Positions 12,953-23,625 are shown, numbered from the stretch's first letter. The stretch is 64,000 bases of DNA from Candidatus Krumholzibacteriota bacterium (GCA_963727455.1 CAVSGG010000012.1:17078-81077), one strand, 5' to 3'. Numbers and translations are program-made. Notes: a model not told the origin generated them from the sequence alone.

Positions 12953-13401
12953 CCCGGCGGAGACTGCGGCGCTCGGTGAGCAGTGGGGCCGCGATGCGCG
13001 GGAGTGGCCTGGTGATCGGCCTGTCCGGCGATCTGGGCGCCGGCAAGACCCAGTTCGTCAAAGGGCTGGCACGCGGTTTGGGCATTACGGCGCCGGTTCG
13101 CTCGCCCACGTTTGCCCTCGTGAATATCTATAGCGGCGGACGGCTGACATTGTTCCACCTGGACCTGTACCGACTGGACTCGCCGGAGCAAATCGCCGCC
13201 GCCGGGCTGGAAGAATACCTGCAGCCGAGGGGCGTCACGGTGATCGAATGGGCGGAACGCTGGTTTGGAGAAGTCCACTCCCTGAGTCCGACACACAGAG
13301 TGCGCACACTTCCTAACCAGGCGCTAAACCTGTGTTGCGTTCGGATCGACGTCCTGAGCGAGACCGAGAGGCGTATCACCTATGAAAATTCTGGCGCTTG
13401 A
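12930..13401 (+). CDS. tsaE: tRNA t6A37 biosynthesis ATPase TsaE; one frameshift as sequenced
   Basis: MATSISHSPAETAALGEQWG… then GLVIGLSGDLGAGKTQFVKGLARGLGI…VRSPTFALVNIY…LFHLDLYRL…IEWAERW. Confidence 0.8.
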
Positions 13402-14045
13402 GTTCTCCTCGCCGCAACGCAGCGCCGCGGTGGTGGACGGCGCTTCGCGTCCGCGCCCGCTCTGCCTGGGTGAAGCCATAGAGACCGGCGGCCGCTCCAC
13501 GGACGCACTGGGCCTGGTGGAAGAGGCTTGCGGCAGGCGCGGATCGACCGCGCGCAAATTGATTGCCTGGCCATTGGATTAGGCCCCGGCTCCTACAACG
13601 GGATGCGTCTGGCCATTGCTCTGGCCCAAGGCTGGCAACTGGCGCGCCCCGTGAAGGTCGTGGGAATCAGCAGCGTCAAATGCGTCGCCGCCGAAGCCCA
13701 GGGGAAGGGAATCTGCGGGCGCGTCGAGATCGTCATCGACGCCCAACGCAACGAGGTTTACCTGGCTGGCTATGACGTGAGTGCGGAGTCGCGGAGTGAA
13801 GTCGAGCCATTGCGGCTGGCGACCGCGGCGGAGGTGCGGGTTAGGCAGCAGGCCGGCGGGATGATCGTGGGGCCGGAAGTGAACACCTGGTTTCCAGGCA
13901 GTCGCGTCCTGTTTCCCCGCGCCGCGACCCTGGGGCAACTGGCCCGGGACGCGCCGAGATCCCCGAGTCCGGCGAGAAGCTTCAGCCGATCTACCTGCGT
14001 GAAACCCGGTTTGTCAAGGCGCCGCCGCCCAGGATCATGGGGTAA
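13382..14045 (+). CDS. tsaB: tRNA t6A37 biosynthesis protein TsaB; frameshifted as sequenced
   Basis: MKILALEFSS…, IDCLAIGLGPGSYNGMRLAIALAQGWQLARPVKVVGISS, C-terminus …LQPIYLRETRFVKAPPPRIMG with TAA at 14043-14045. Two frame switches. Confidence 0.8.
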
Positions 14046-14116
14046 TGGAGTGAAGGAGTAATGGGGAATATTTGCAGGCTTGAATTTCCCGCGGCGTCAG
14101 ACAGCCTAGCTGCAGA

Positions 14117-16014
14117 ATGAACGCCAACTCCCGGTTGCGATTCGGGGCTGCTGCGGCAGCGCTCCTTGTGTCCCTCTTTTTGCCGGCCTTCACCGCGTCC
14201 GGCGCGCGACAAGTGGCTTTCTCCAGCCGCCATGGTGGCTACGCCGGATGGCAGCGCGCTTTACATTGCCTGCGCCACAGGCGAGCGGGTGCTCGTGTTC
14301 GATCCGGGCGCGAAGCAGGTGGACCAAGTCCATCCCTACACCTGCATCACCCAGTTGGCCTGGCCCTGAGCCCTGGCGGGAGGACACTCCTGGTCACGTG
14401 CGCCGGCCCGGAAAGCCAGGTCGGCATGGTGGACGTGGTGAAGGGGCGCATCGTCGCGAAGCTGCGCGCCGGCCACACGGCGATGTCGCCGGTGGTGTCG
14501 CCGACGGCAAGACCCTGTTCGTCTGCAACCGGTTCAACGATGACATTAGCGTTATTGACCTGGCCACCGAGAAGACGGTTCGGCGTATTCCGGTGCCGGG
14601 AACCGGTCGCGGCAGCCATCACGCCCGATGGGAGGCACTTGCTGGTCGCGAATTATCTACCCCACGGCCGCGCCGATGTGGACCATGTGGGTGCAGTGGT
14701 CAGCGTTATTGACACGGCGCTGGGACAGGTGGTGGATGACTTGTGGCTGCCCAACGGCAGCAGCTCCTTGCAGGACATCCGGATCTCGCCGGCATGGAGG
14801 TACGCCGTCGTCACCGACATTCTCTCGCGCGCTTCCATCTGCCGACGACGCAACTGGAGCGCGGCTGGATGAACACGAACGCCAAGACGATCATTGACCT
14901 GGGGCGGATGCAGGTGCTTAACACCTTCCTGCTGGACAACATTGACCGTGGCGCGGCCAACCCCTGGGGCGCGGCCTGGAGCGAGGATGGCCGGACGCTC
15001 GTGGTGGCGCTCGCCGGGACACACGAGCTCAGCGTGACGGATTTTCCGGCGTTGCTGGCCAAGCTGGCCAAGCTGTCACCCGAGCCCACGGCGCCGATCA
15101 GCCCAGCGCTGCCCTACAGCAGCTCCGGCACGCGTGCGCCGTCGGACGTGCCGAATGATCTGTCGTTCCTGGTGGGCGTGCGCGAGCGGCGGCAGTTGCC
15201 GGAAGGCGATCTGGGACCGCGCGCGGTCGTAGTCGTGGGCCGGCGAGCCTACGTGGCGAACTATTTCTCGGACACGCTGACCGTGCTCGAGCTCGACGGC
15301 GCGTATCCGAAAGTGGAGTCCATCCCGCTTGGGCCGAAGCGGCAGATGACCGCCGCGCGCCGAAGCGAACTCTACTTCAATGACGCGCGGATCTGCTTCC
15401 AAGGCTGGCAAAGCTGCGCAAGCTGCCATCCCGGGGAGGGGCGGGTGGATGGCCTGAACTGGGACTTGCTCAACGACGGCATCGGCAATCCCAAGAACGT
15501 CAAGAGCCTGCTGCTGGCATTCAAGACGCCGCCCGCCATGAGCATCGGCGTGCGCGAAAGCGCCGAGGCGGCCGTGCGCGCGGGCATCCGGCACATTCTC
15601 TTCACCGTGCAACCGTCGGAGGTGGGTGATTCGCTGGATGCCTACCTCAAGTCCCTTAAACCAGTGCCCAGCCCGCATCTGGAGAAGGGCAGGCTCTCGG
15701 CGGCAGCCAGGCGTGGGAAGAAAGTCTTCGGCAGCAAGGAGGCTGGGTGTGCACAATGCCATCCCGGGCCACTGTTTACTGACTTGAAGAGCTACGACGT
15801 CGGGACGGTAGGAAGGTTCGACAAGCCGTCGGACACGTTCGACACGCCAACGCTGATCGAGGTGTGGCGCACAGCACCGTATTTGCATGATGGTTCGGCA
15901 GCCACCATGCGGGACGTGCTGACCACCGCCAATCCAAGCGACCAGCATGGCAAGACGTCCCAGTTGACGGCGGATGAGATCAACGACCTGATCGAGTATG
16001 TGCTGTCGTTGTGA
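14117..16014 (+). CDS. YVTN-type beta-propeller repeat protein with C-terminal dihaem cytochrome c (CCP/MauG-like) domain; N-terminal half frameshifted
   Basis: Signal peptide MNANSRLRFGAAAAALLVSLFLPAFTASG. Repeats of the type TPDGSALYIACATGERVLVFD, SPGGRTLLVTCAG, SPDGKTLFVCNRFNDDISVIDL, TPDGRHLLVANY. Two haem-binding motifs CASCHP and CAQCHP in the intact 3' part (14743-16014 frame). Confidence 0.7.
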
Positions 16015-16063
16015 TGGGATGCTGGTTGACCAGCAGAGAAACCAACACGGTGAGATTTGACCT

Positions 16064-17072
16064 ATGAAACAAAGACCGCTTGGCAATTCGGGCCTCTCAG
16101 CTTCCATCGTCGGTCTCGGCGCGTGGGTGCTGGGCGGCGGACAACTCTGGGGGCAAGACACCGACGACGCGGAGTCGGTGCGCACTATCCAGGCGGCGCT
16201 GGACCTGGGGATGAACCTCATTGACACCGCGCCCGCTTACGGCTGGGGCCGCAGCGAGCGCGTGGTGGGCAAGGCCACTCAAGGGCCGGCGGGACAAGGC
16301 CATCCTCGCCACCAAGTGCGGCCTGTGGTGGGCGGACGCGCGCGGCAGCTTCTTCGCCGATTTCGACGGCAAGAAGATGAACCGCAGCCTCCGGCCCGAC
16401 ACGATCCAGATCGAGATCGAGGACAGCCTGCGCCGGCTCGAGGTGGATTGCATTGACCTTTACCAGACGCATTGGCCGTCCATGCCGCCGGATCACACGC
16501 CGATCGCTGACACGATGGCGGTGCTGCTCAAGCTCAAGCAGCAGGGCAAAATCCGCGCCATCGGTGTAAGCAACGTGTCGCTGGACGAGTTGAAGGAGAA
16601 CATGCGCTGTGGCGGCATCGTGAGCGACCAATTCCGCTACTCGATGCTGCATCGCGAGGCGGAGAAGGACATCCTGCCGTATTGCGCCGAGCACAGCATC
16701 GCCACGCTGACCTACATGTCGCTGGAGCAGGGTTTGCTGACGGGCAAGATCGGCATGGACCGCGTGTTCCAGCCGACCGAGTTCCGCAGCAACACCTACT
16801 GGAACGACTGGCTGATCCCGGCGAACCGCAAGCCGGGTGCTGGACCTGCTCGCGTAGTGGAAAGCGCTCACGGACAAATACGCCTGCACGCTGTCGCAAC
16901 TGGTCATCGCCTGGACCGCTGCCCAGCATGGCGTCACTCACGTCCTGGCCGGCGGACGCAACTGGCGCAAGTGACGGAAAACGCAAAGGCGGGCGAACTG
17001 ACCATGGAGGCCACAGACCTCGCGCGCATCCGCCAGGATGTGCTGGCGCTTGGGGAACCGGCAAAGGCGTAA
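16064..17072 (+). CDS. Aldo/keto reductase family oxidoreductase; frameshifted as sequenced
   Basis: MKQRPLGNSGLSASIVGLGAWVLGG…IDTAPAYGWGRSERVVGKA… then ILATKCG…SLRRLEVDCIDLYQTHWP…GKIRAIGVSN… At least three frame switches. Confidence 0.8.
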
Positions 17073-17085
17073 GGGGCCAAGTGTC

Positions 17086-18335
17086 GTGAACAGACTGTTG
17101 ACCATTCTCTGCTTATGCGGCCTTAGCTTCGCTGCAGCGGGAGCGTTTGACCCGGTATCGTGGCAGAAGCGCATTGAGGTGGATTGGGTTTTAGCGGAAG
17201 AAGTGGCGTTGGTGGGCTCGGTGTCCGAGCCGGTCACCACGAAAGCTGACGCTGCGGGGGGCTGCGACGGCATCAAAAATGGCGAATGGGGCTTTCACAC
17301 CGACCACTGCCAGGAGCCGTGGTGGCAGGTGGACCTGGGCGAGACGCAGACGATCGGGCGCGTTGTGATCTGGAATCGTCGCGACGGCAGCCGAGCGGGC
17401 AGCGCGGATCAGGGTCTTGCTCTCCGACGACGGCAAGGAGTTCCGGCAGGTCTACCAGCACGACGGGACTGTGTTTCACGGATTCGAGGACAAGAAGCCG
17501 CTGGTGGTTGCGCTGAAGAACGCGCGGGCACGTTACGTGCGGTTGGCCTTGCCCGGGAAGAGCTACCTCCATCTCGACGAGGTCGAAGTCTATCGGCAAA
17601 ACCGAGCCGAAGAAGAATCTGGCGCTGAACTGCCCGGCGGACCAGGCGAGCGTCTCGCAATGGTCGGTGGGCCACAACGCGCGTCCTCCGCAGGTGGATT
17701 GGGCGCGCGCGCCAAGCAAACGCTGGCGGTGTGCGAACGGCTGGCCGGTGAAGTGGCGCAGGTTTCGGCGCTTACGAACGCTGTGGCCATTGCCCGGTCT
17801 CAAACAGCAACTCGCCCGCCTGGGCTCAGGCGAGTCCGCGAAACCGCTGCTTTCTCGAGGCCCGCTGGCTGCGAGCGTCGGTTGGCGTTGCGCAATCCGC
17901 TGCTCGGCGAGTTCGACACCCTGCTCTTCACGAAGCGCGTTCCCGGCAGCTTCAATCACATGTCCGACCAGTATTACGGCTGGTGGTCTAAGCCGGGCGG
18001 TGGGATATACCTGCTGCGCGGCTTCACGACGGACCACCGACCGAGCAGTGCCTGACGACCGCGTTCAAGGAGCCGGGCAGCTTCCTGCGCCCGACGCTTT
18101 CCTACGACGGCAAGCGAGTCCTGTTTGCCTGGTGCCGCTACTACGAGCACCTGGCCGCGGAAACCAACAAGCTCGACAAGGCGAACGTGCCCGAGGACGC
18201 CTTTTACCACCTGTTCGAGATGAACCTTGACGGTTCGGGCCTGAAGCAGCTCACGCACGGCAAGTATGACGATTGCGACGGGCGCTACCTGCCGGACGGG
18301 CGGATCGTGTTCCTGTCCACGCGACGCGGGCAATC
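17086..18335 (+). pseudogene. Secreted discoidin (F5/8 type C) domain protein with TolB-like C-terminal part; frameshifted and 3'-truncated at the 18.33-kb breakpoint
   Basis: GTG 17086, signal peptide VNRLLTILCLCGLSFAAAGA. DGIKNGEWGFHTDHCQEPWWQVDLGETQTIGRVVIWNR…ARYVRLALPGKSYLHLDEVEVY. Later RPTLSYDGKRVLFAW…LDGSGLKQLTHGKYDDCDGRYLPDGRIVFLSTRRGQ, after which no frame continues the homology. Confidence 0.6.
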
Positions 18336-18540
18336 CTTGCCGCCATCGGCACTGGTCCACTCCACACTGCCCTGCGAAGTGGAAGCGCTGTAGATGCCGC
18401 CCCCGGCCGAGACTCCGCCGAAGACGGTGACGCCGAAAGGAAGCTTGTCCGCGTTTGCGCGCTCCGGCAGGACCAAGACAGCCACCATGACCAGGCTCAC
18501 AAGGGTCGTCGGACCCATCAGAGCCGTCAGAGAAATCATC
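18335..18540 (-). pseudogene. 5' fragment of a secreted, beta-barrel-like (outer-membrane-protein-like) gene, truncated at the breakpoint
   Basis: ATG at 18540. MISLTALMGPTTLVSLVMVAVLVLPERANA (signal peptide) then DKLPFGVTVFGGVSAGGGIYSASTSQGSVEWTSADGG. Beyond about 18335 the frame is simply antisense to the discoidin gene. Confidence 0.35.
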
Positions 18541-18640
18541 GCGCGTCCTCTCCCCCGTCTTCTGCAGGCAAGAGCTTCGCTAGGTGTCGTTGCATTCCAA
18601 TTCACGAACCACCTCCACGGCTCACGAAAAGAGCCTTCGA

Positions 18641-19402
18641 TCAGGACTCAGCCGAGCTTCTCTTCCGGAACGCCTCGAGCAGATCGATAGGCAGAGGGAA
18701 CAGAGTCGTGCTGTTGTTCTCCGCCGCCACTTCGGTGAGCGCCTGCAGATAGCGCAGCTGCAAAGCCACCGGATGCGGCTCGATCTTGACTGCCGCCTCG
18801 GCCAGGCGCTGGCTGGCTTCGTACTCCCCCTGGGCGTGGATGACCTTGGCCCGCCGCTCGCGTTCCGCTTCGGCCTGCTTGGCCATCGCGCGCTTCATCT
18901 CCACCGGCAGGTCGACGTCCTTCACCTCCACCATGCTGACCTTGATGCCCCAGGGATCGGTCGCCTCGTCCAGGATGGTCTGGATCATCGCATTGAGTTT
19001 GTCGCGCTCGGAGAGCAGATGGTCGAGCTCATACTGGCCCACCACCGAGCGCACTGTGGTCTGGGCGAGTTGGCTGGTGGCGAAGAGATAGTCCTCCACC
19101 TCGATCACGGCCTGAAAGGGTTCGATGATCCGGAAGTAGAGAACCGCGTTCACTTTCACCGAGACGTTGTCCAGGGTGATGACATCCTGGGGCGGCACGT
19201 CCATGGCCACCGTGCGCAAGCTCGTCTTGACCATGCGCTCGATGAACGGAACGAGAATGATGAGTCCGGGTCCACGCGTGCCTGTGTAACGTCCCAGGCG
19301 AAACACCACGGCCCGCTCGTACTCGCGCAACACGCGAATCGAGTTACCCAGCACGAAAAGTGCGAGAAGGACGAAAATCCCACCGGAATAGGCGAACGGC
19401 AT
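18641..19402 (-). CDS. SPFH domain / band 7 (stomatin-like) protein
   Basis: ATG 19402 preceded by AGGAGG. TM anchor then [18 protein letters not shown]…[48 protein letters not shown]…. Confidence 0.9.
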   Translation of the reverse strand: MPFAYSGGIFVLLALFVLGNSIRVLREYERAVVFRLGRYTGTRGPGLIILVPFIERMVKTSLRTVAMDVPPQDVITLDNVSVKVNAVLYFRIIEPFQAVIEVEDYLFATSQLAQTTVRSVVGQYELDHLLSERDKLNAMIQTILDEATDPWGIKVSMVEVKDVDLPVEMKRAMAKQAEAERERRAKVIHAQGEYEASQRLAEAAVKIEPHPVALQLRYLQALTEVAAENNSTTLFPLPIDLLEAFRKRSSAES

Positions 19403-19513
19403 GTCATTCCTCCTGGAAAGCCGCATCCCCTTCAGAATGCGGAACTGTGGTCCAGCCGCGCAAGGGTCCTCCCCACACGGTCCGGATTCCAACTTGGGCG
19501 CTCTTTGGCGGAC

Positions 19514-20863
19514 TCAGGCCCTCAAGGCGGGCTTGACGCGCGCCACACGGCCTTCGATTCCCACCACCTCGACCTGGTCCTGCTCGGGTACGGCGACCTC
19601 GGAGACCGCGTCCCAAATTTCTCCGTGAAACACCACTTTTCCCGGCGTGCTACCGCCGGGGATCGGCTCGACCACTCTCCCCTTCGCCCCGACGAGCGCC
19701 TCTCTACTCTGGACGGCCGGACGACGATGGCTGCGCACCACCAGAGCCACACAGAGCATGAAGAAACCAGCGAAGACGACAAGCGCGGGAATCATCACTT
19801 TGAGACTCACGCGAGCCCATGACTGCTGCGAGTCGAAGAGCATCAAGGATCCCAGCACCATGGAAGCAAGACCTCCGATGGTCAACGCGCCGTAGCTCGT
19901 GACCTTCACTTCCAATATGAGCAGAACCATGCCCAAGAGTAGTAGCGCAATCCCCGCGTAGTTGATGGGCAGGTTCTGGAAGGCGAAGAGCGCCAGCAAC
20001 AGACAGATGCCACCGAGAATTCCCGGCGCGAGACTCCCTGGGTTGCTCAGCTCGAAGAAGAGCCCGTAGATCCCCAGGAGCATGAGAATGTAGGCCACGC
20101 TCGGATCGACCAACGCTTTCAGAAAGCGCTGACGGCCGCTCATGGGCAGCTCCCTTAGCTCCGCGCCCTTGGTATGCAGAGTGGTTTCCACTCCCTGAAT
20201 CGTCACCACTTTGCCGTCTATGCTCTCCAAAAGTTCTTCCAGCGAACTCGCCATGATGTCGACCACGTTCTCCTGCAGGGCCTCCTTGGCCGGCAGGTTG
20301 TCCGCCGTCTCCACGAAGCGCTTCGCCAACTCCTGGTTGCGCCCCCTCTGCGCAGCGATGGAGACCAGATAGGCCACCGCATCGTGAGTGACCTTCTTGG
20401 TCATCGTACTGTCCATACCTCCGCCACCCAGATTCACCGGGCTGGCCGAGCCGATGTTCGTGCCGGGAGCCATTGCAGCAATGTTTGCCGCCATGGTGAT
20501 GAACACGCCCGCGCTGGCGGCGCGACTGCCCGAGGGCGCAACGTAGACCACGACGGGAATCTTGGCCGCGAGTTCGGCCTTCACGATCTGGCGCATCGAG
20601 GTGTCGAGTCCGCCCGGAGTGTCCAGCTGGATGATGACGGCCTCGGCTCCCTTGAGCTCTGCGCGGTGGATTCCTTCGACCAGATACTCCGAGGCGATGG
20701 GAGTGATGGCGCCGTCGTAGGGCAAGAGATCGACCGTGGGCGTGGCGGAATCCGCGCGAGCTCCGGCAAGCCCAAGACACAGACAGAAAACAGCGAGAAG
20801 CGCGAGACCGTTCGAGCCGCGCCTTGCCGAGGACCAAAGATTTCCGCGAAAACGAGGAGTCAT
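19514..20863 (-). CDS. NfeD family membrane-bound ClpP-class serine protease
   Basis: ATG 20863 preceded by AAGGAG. Signal peptide, ClpP-like domain (IIQLDTPGGLDTSM…YVAPSGSRAASAGVFI), 4-5 TM segments, C-terminal OB-fold tail (GKVVFHGEIWDAVSE). Immediately upstream of the SPFH gene. Confidence 0.9.
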   Translation of the reverse strand: MTPRFRGNLWSSARRGSNGLALLAVFCLCLGLAGARADSATPTVDLLPYDGAITPIASEYLVEGIHRAELKGAEAVIIQLDTPGGLDTSMRQIVKAELAAKIPVVVYVAPSGSRAASAGVFITMAANIAAMAPGTNIGSASPVNLGGGGMDSTMTKKVTHDAVAYLVSIAAQRGRNQELAKRFVETADNLPAKEALQENVVDIMASSLEELLESIDGKVVTIQGVETTLHTKGAELRELPMSGRQRFLKALVDPSVAYILMLLGIYGLFFELSNPGSLAPGILGGICLLLALFAFQNLPINYAGIALLLLGMVLLILEVKVTSYGALTIGGLASMVLGSLMLFDSQQSWARVSLKVMIPALVVFAGFFMLCVALVVRSHRRPAVQSREALVGAKGRVVEPIPGGSTPGKVVFHGEIWDAVSEVAVPEQDQVEVVGIEGRVARVKPALRA

Positions 20864-20927
20864 GCCGCGCACTCCTTTCAGATGGACGCTCGTCCATCGC
20901 TGCTTCGGACTTCGCGGCCTTTTCAGT

Positions 20928-21848
20928 TCAAGAGAAAGCCGAAGCGTAGAGTTGCCCCTCTCCCACCACCACGGCCGGGCCGCCCACCCGGACCGACTCG
21001 ATCAGTCCCCTGCGGGTCTCCACTTCCACCAGCACGTGTCCCGGACGGTGGATCTCGATGCCCTGCTCGGTGAGGATTCTCGTGGTGGGTGTGACGTGAA
21101 CCGCCCGGTGTTTCACCAGGTAGGCCCCCAGACTTCCGCTGGCGCTGCCGCTGGCGGGGTCCTCGGGGATCCCGAAAGAAGGCGCGAACATCCGGCAGTG
21201 TACTGTCGAGTCTTCGCTCTCCGTCTCGAAAGTGAAGACGAAGAGGTCGCTGAAGCCAAGCCCCTTCTGGATCTCGGCCAGCTTCTCGGGATGCAGGCTG
21301 ATGCGGCGCACGGCATCCAAACTTCCCACGGGCACGATGTGGACCGGCAGCCCGGTGCTCACGACCTCGCAAGGAAGGCCAGTGATCGCCAGGTCCGCCG
21401 CACGCAGGCCCAGCGCCTCGGCCACGCATTCCGGTCGGTGGAACTCCCCCAGAAATACCGGCCGCTGCTGGGTCATCACCGCGCTGCGCAATACGCCCCC
21501 TCGCTCCTCACGCATCAGCCGGACCGGAACCGGCCCGGACTCGATGTCGAGCAGCACTTCGTCGCGTCCCCTCTCGAGCAGACCCTCGGCCTCGAGCGCG
21601 AAAACGGCCCCCACGATGGGATGTCCCGCGAAGGGGATCTCCGCCTCGGGAGTGAAGATGCGCAGACTGTGATTGGAGCCGGCATGCTCGGGAGGCAGCA
21701 CAAAGGTGGTCTCGGGGAAGTTCAATTCCCGGGCAATCTTCTGCATCTGCCCCGCGGGGATGCCCTCGGCCTCGGGAAAGACGGCGAGTTGGTTTCCGCC
21801 GAAGGGCTTCTCGGTGAACACGTCCACCAAGATGTATCGCATGGCCAT
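20928..21848 (-). CDS. PhzF family isomerase
   Basis: MAMRYILVDVFTEKPFGGNQLAVF…IARELNFPETTFV…RIFTPEAEIPFAGHPIVG. Intact 306 aa. Confidence 0.85.
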   Translation of the reverse strand: MAMRYILVDVFTEKPFGGNQLAVFPEAEGIPAGQMQKIARELNFPETTFVLPPEHAGSNHSLRIFTPEAEIPFAGHPIVGAVFALEAEGLLERGRDEVLLDIESGPVPVRLMREERGGVLRSAVMTQQRPVFLGEFHRPECVAEALGLRAADLAITGLPCEVVSTGLPVHIVPVGSLDAVRRISLHPEKLAEIQKGLGFSDLFVFTFETESEDSTVHCRMFAPSFGIPEDPASGSASGSLGAYLVKHRAVHVTPTTRILTEQGIEIHRPGHVLVEVETRRGLIESVRVGGPAVVVGEGQLYASAFS

Positions 21849-21867
21849 GAGCGGCTCCCTGACAAGA

Positions 21868-21910
21868 GCAAAGCGGGGACGGGATTACCATACCCATGCC
21901 CCGCCTTTGC
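21868..21910 (-). terminator. Possible terminator hairpin downstream of glnA
   Basis: GCAAAGCGGGG…(20-nt loop)…CCCCGC(C)TTTGC. 11-bp stem with one bulge. The T-tract on the minus strand is only weak. Confidence 0.35.
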
Positions 21911-21965
21911 GTCCAGTCCCCTCCGCCGTTCGCTCGCCAGGCGTCGATAGCTGCGGATTAGGCCG

Positions 21966-23288
21966 CTAGAAAGTGGCTAGGTAGCGCTCGTGCTCCCAGC
22001 CGTGCACGTGGCTGATGAAGTCGTGCCACTCGTCTTCCTTGGCGCTCAGATACTGCTCGAAGATGTGCTCGCCGAGGGCTTCGCGGACCACCTTGTCCTT
22101 CCGCAAAAAGCCCAACGCCTCGTGCAGATCGGCCGGCAGCTGATCGATTTTGAGGCGCCGTTTCTCCCTTTGGCTCATGGTGAAGATGTTGCGGTTCACC
22201 GGCTCCCCCGGATCGGTCTTGTTGGCGAGTCCGTCCATGCCCGAGGCCAGCATCACTGCGAAGGCCAGGTAGGGATTGCAGCTGGGATCGGGCATGCGTA
22301 GCTCCACTCGGGTCCCGATGCCGCGCCGGGCGGGCACGCGGCACAGCGGCGAGCGGTTGCGCTCCGACCATGCCACGTTCACCGGGGCTTCGTATCCGGG
22401 CACCAGACGCTTATAAGAATTCACCAGCGGATTGGTGATGGAACAGATGGCACGCGCGTGCCGCAGCACCCCCCCGATGTAGTTGAGGGCCGTGTCACTC
22501 AGTTGATACTCCTTGCGGGCGCCGAAGAACGAGTTCTTGCCACCCTTGAAGAGACTCTGATGCACGTGCATCCCGTTCCCGTTGTGTCCGTAGATGGGCT
22601 TGGGCATGAAGGTGGCGTGAAGATCGTGGTCGTTCGCGACCTTCTTCACCACGAGACGGAAGAGCATGGCGCGGTCGGCCGTGCTCACCGCATCCGCGTA
22701 CTTGAAATCAATCTCGTGTTGTCCCGGGGCCACCTCGTGGTGCGCGGCCTCCACCTCGATTCCCATGCTCTCCAGGGCGTTGACGATGTCCCGGCGGGCG
22801 CCCTCACCGCGGTCCACCGGCGCCAGATCGAAATAGCCGCCACTGTCGTGAGTGGTGATGGTGGGCTTGCCGCCGGCATTGCGCTCGAAGAGGAAGAACT
22901 CGAGCTCGGGTCCGCACATCATCTCGTAGCCCTGCTTCTGCGCCAGGCCGACGTTGCGCTTCAGGGCCAGCCGCGGACAGCCCACGAAGGGAGTCTCGTC
23001 CGGATTGTGGACGTCGCAGATCATGCCCGCGCGCTTGCCGCGCTCGTCGCTCCAGGGAAAGAGCACGAAGGAATCGAAATCGGGCTTGAGCAGCATGTCG
23101 CTCTCCTCGATCCGGCTGAATCCCTGGATCGAGGAACCGTCGAAGCAGATCTCGCCGTCGACCGCCTTGTCGAACTGGCTGCGCGGGACCTCGACGTTCT
23201 TGATGGAACCCATGATGTCCGTGAAGATGAGACGCATGAATCGGACATCGTGTTTCTTGAGTAGGGCGTGGATTTCTCGCTTCGTCAT
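21966..23288 (-). CDS. glnA: Glutamine synthetase, type I
   Basis: Intact 440 aa. FTDIMGSIKNVEVP, FDGSSIQGF, GNGMHVHQSLF, NSYKRLVPGYEAP, ELRMPDPSCNPYLAFA. AGGAG precedes the ATG. Confidence 0.95.
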   Translation of the reverse strand: MTKREIHALLKKHDVRFMRLIFTDIMGSIKNVEVPRSQFDKAVDGEICFDGSSIQGFSRIEESDMLLKPDFDSFVLFPWSDERGKRAGMICDVHNPDETPFVGCPRLALKRNVGLAQKQGYEMMCGPELEFFLFERNAGGKPTITTHDSGGYFDLAPVDRGEGARRDIVNALESMGIEVEAAHHEVAPGQHEIDFKYADAVSTADRAMLFRLVVKKVANDHDLHATFMPKPIYGHNGNGMHVHQSLFKGGKNSFFGARKEYQLSDTALNYIGGVLRHARAICSITNPLVNSYKRLVPGYEAPVNVAWSERNRSPLCRVPARRGIGTRVELRMPDPSCNPYLAFAVMLASGMDGLANKTDPGEPVNRNIFTMSQREKRRLKIDQLPADLHEALGFLRKDKVVREALGEHIFEQYLSAKEDEWHDFISHVHGWEHERYLATF

Positions 23289-23625
23289 GCCGGACTCCTA
23301 GGGAGTGGGGAAGGTGGGTTCAGTCTCGAACCGGGCCGGGAGTCACGCTTCCTCCGCGGCTCACCGTTCCAAGAGTGTAGCAACAGTTATGCAGAATCTG
23401 CAATCTATGAGTTACACTTTATGAAAATAATTCCAAGTTTTTCCAAAGTGATCCAAATATATCCACTCCTGCGCATTTTTTTATCGACGCTGTGCCGCCC
23501 GCTACCCTGCCCGAGAGTGCCCCGCCGGGGCGCGCACATTCCCCTTGTGCCCCATCCCTCCTCGACTTAGCTTCAGCTCATGCCGCTCGGGCACACAGCC
23601 CCACTACCGAGCTCCAAGAGACACC

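Noticed and set aside
18584-19822. 412-aa plus-strand ORF over the SPFH and NfeD genes
   Set aside because: Antisense to two intact, RBS-supported genes. No recognisable domain.
23378-23394. Sigma-54-like -24/-12 element upstream of glnA
   Set aside because: I do not call it as a feature because the invariant GG of the -24 box is TG. It is kept only as a remark within the intergenic finding.
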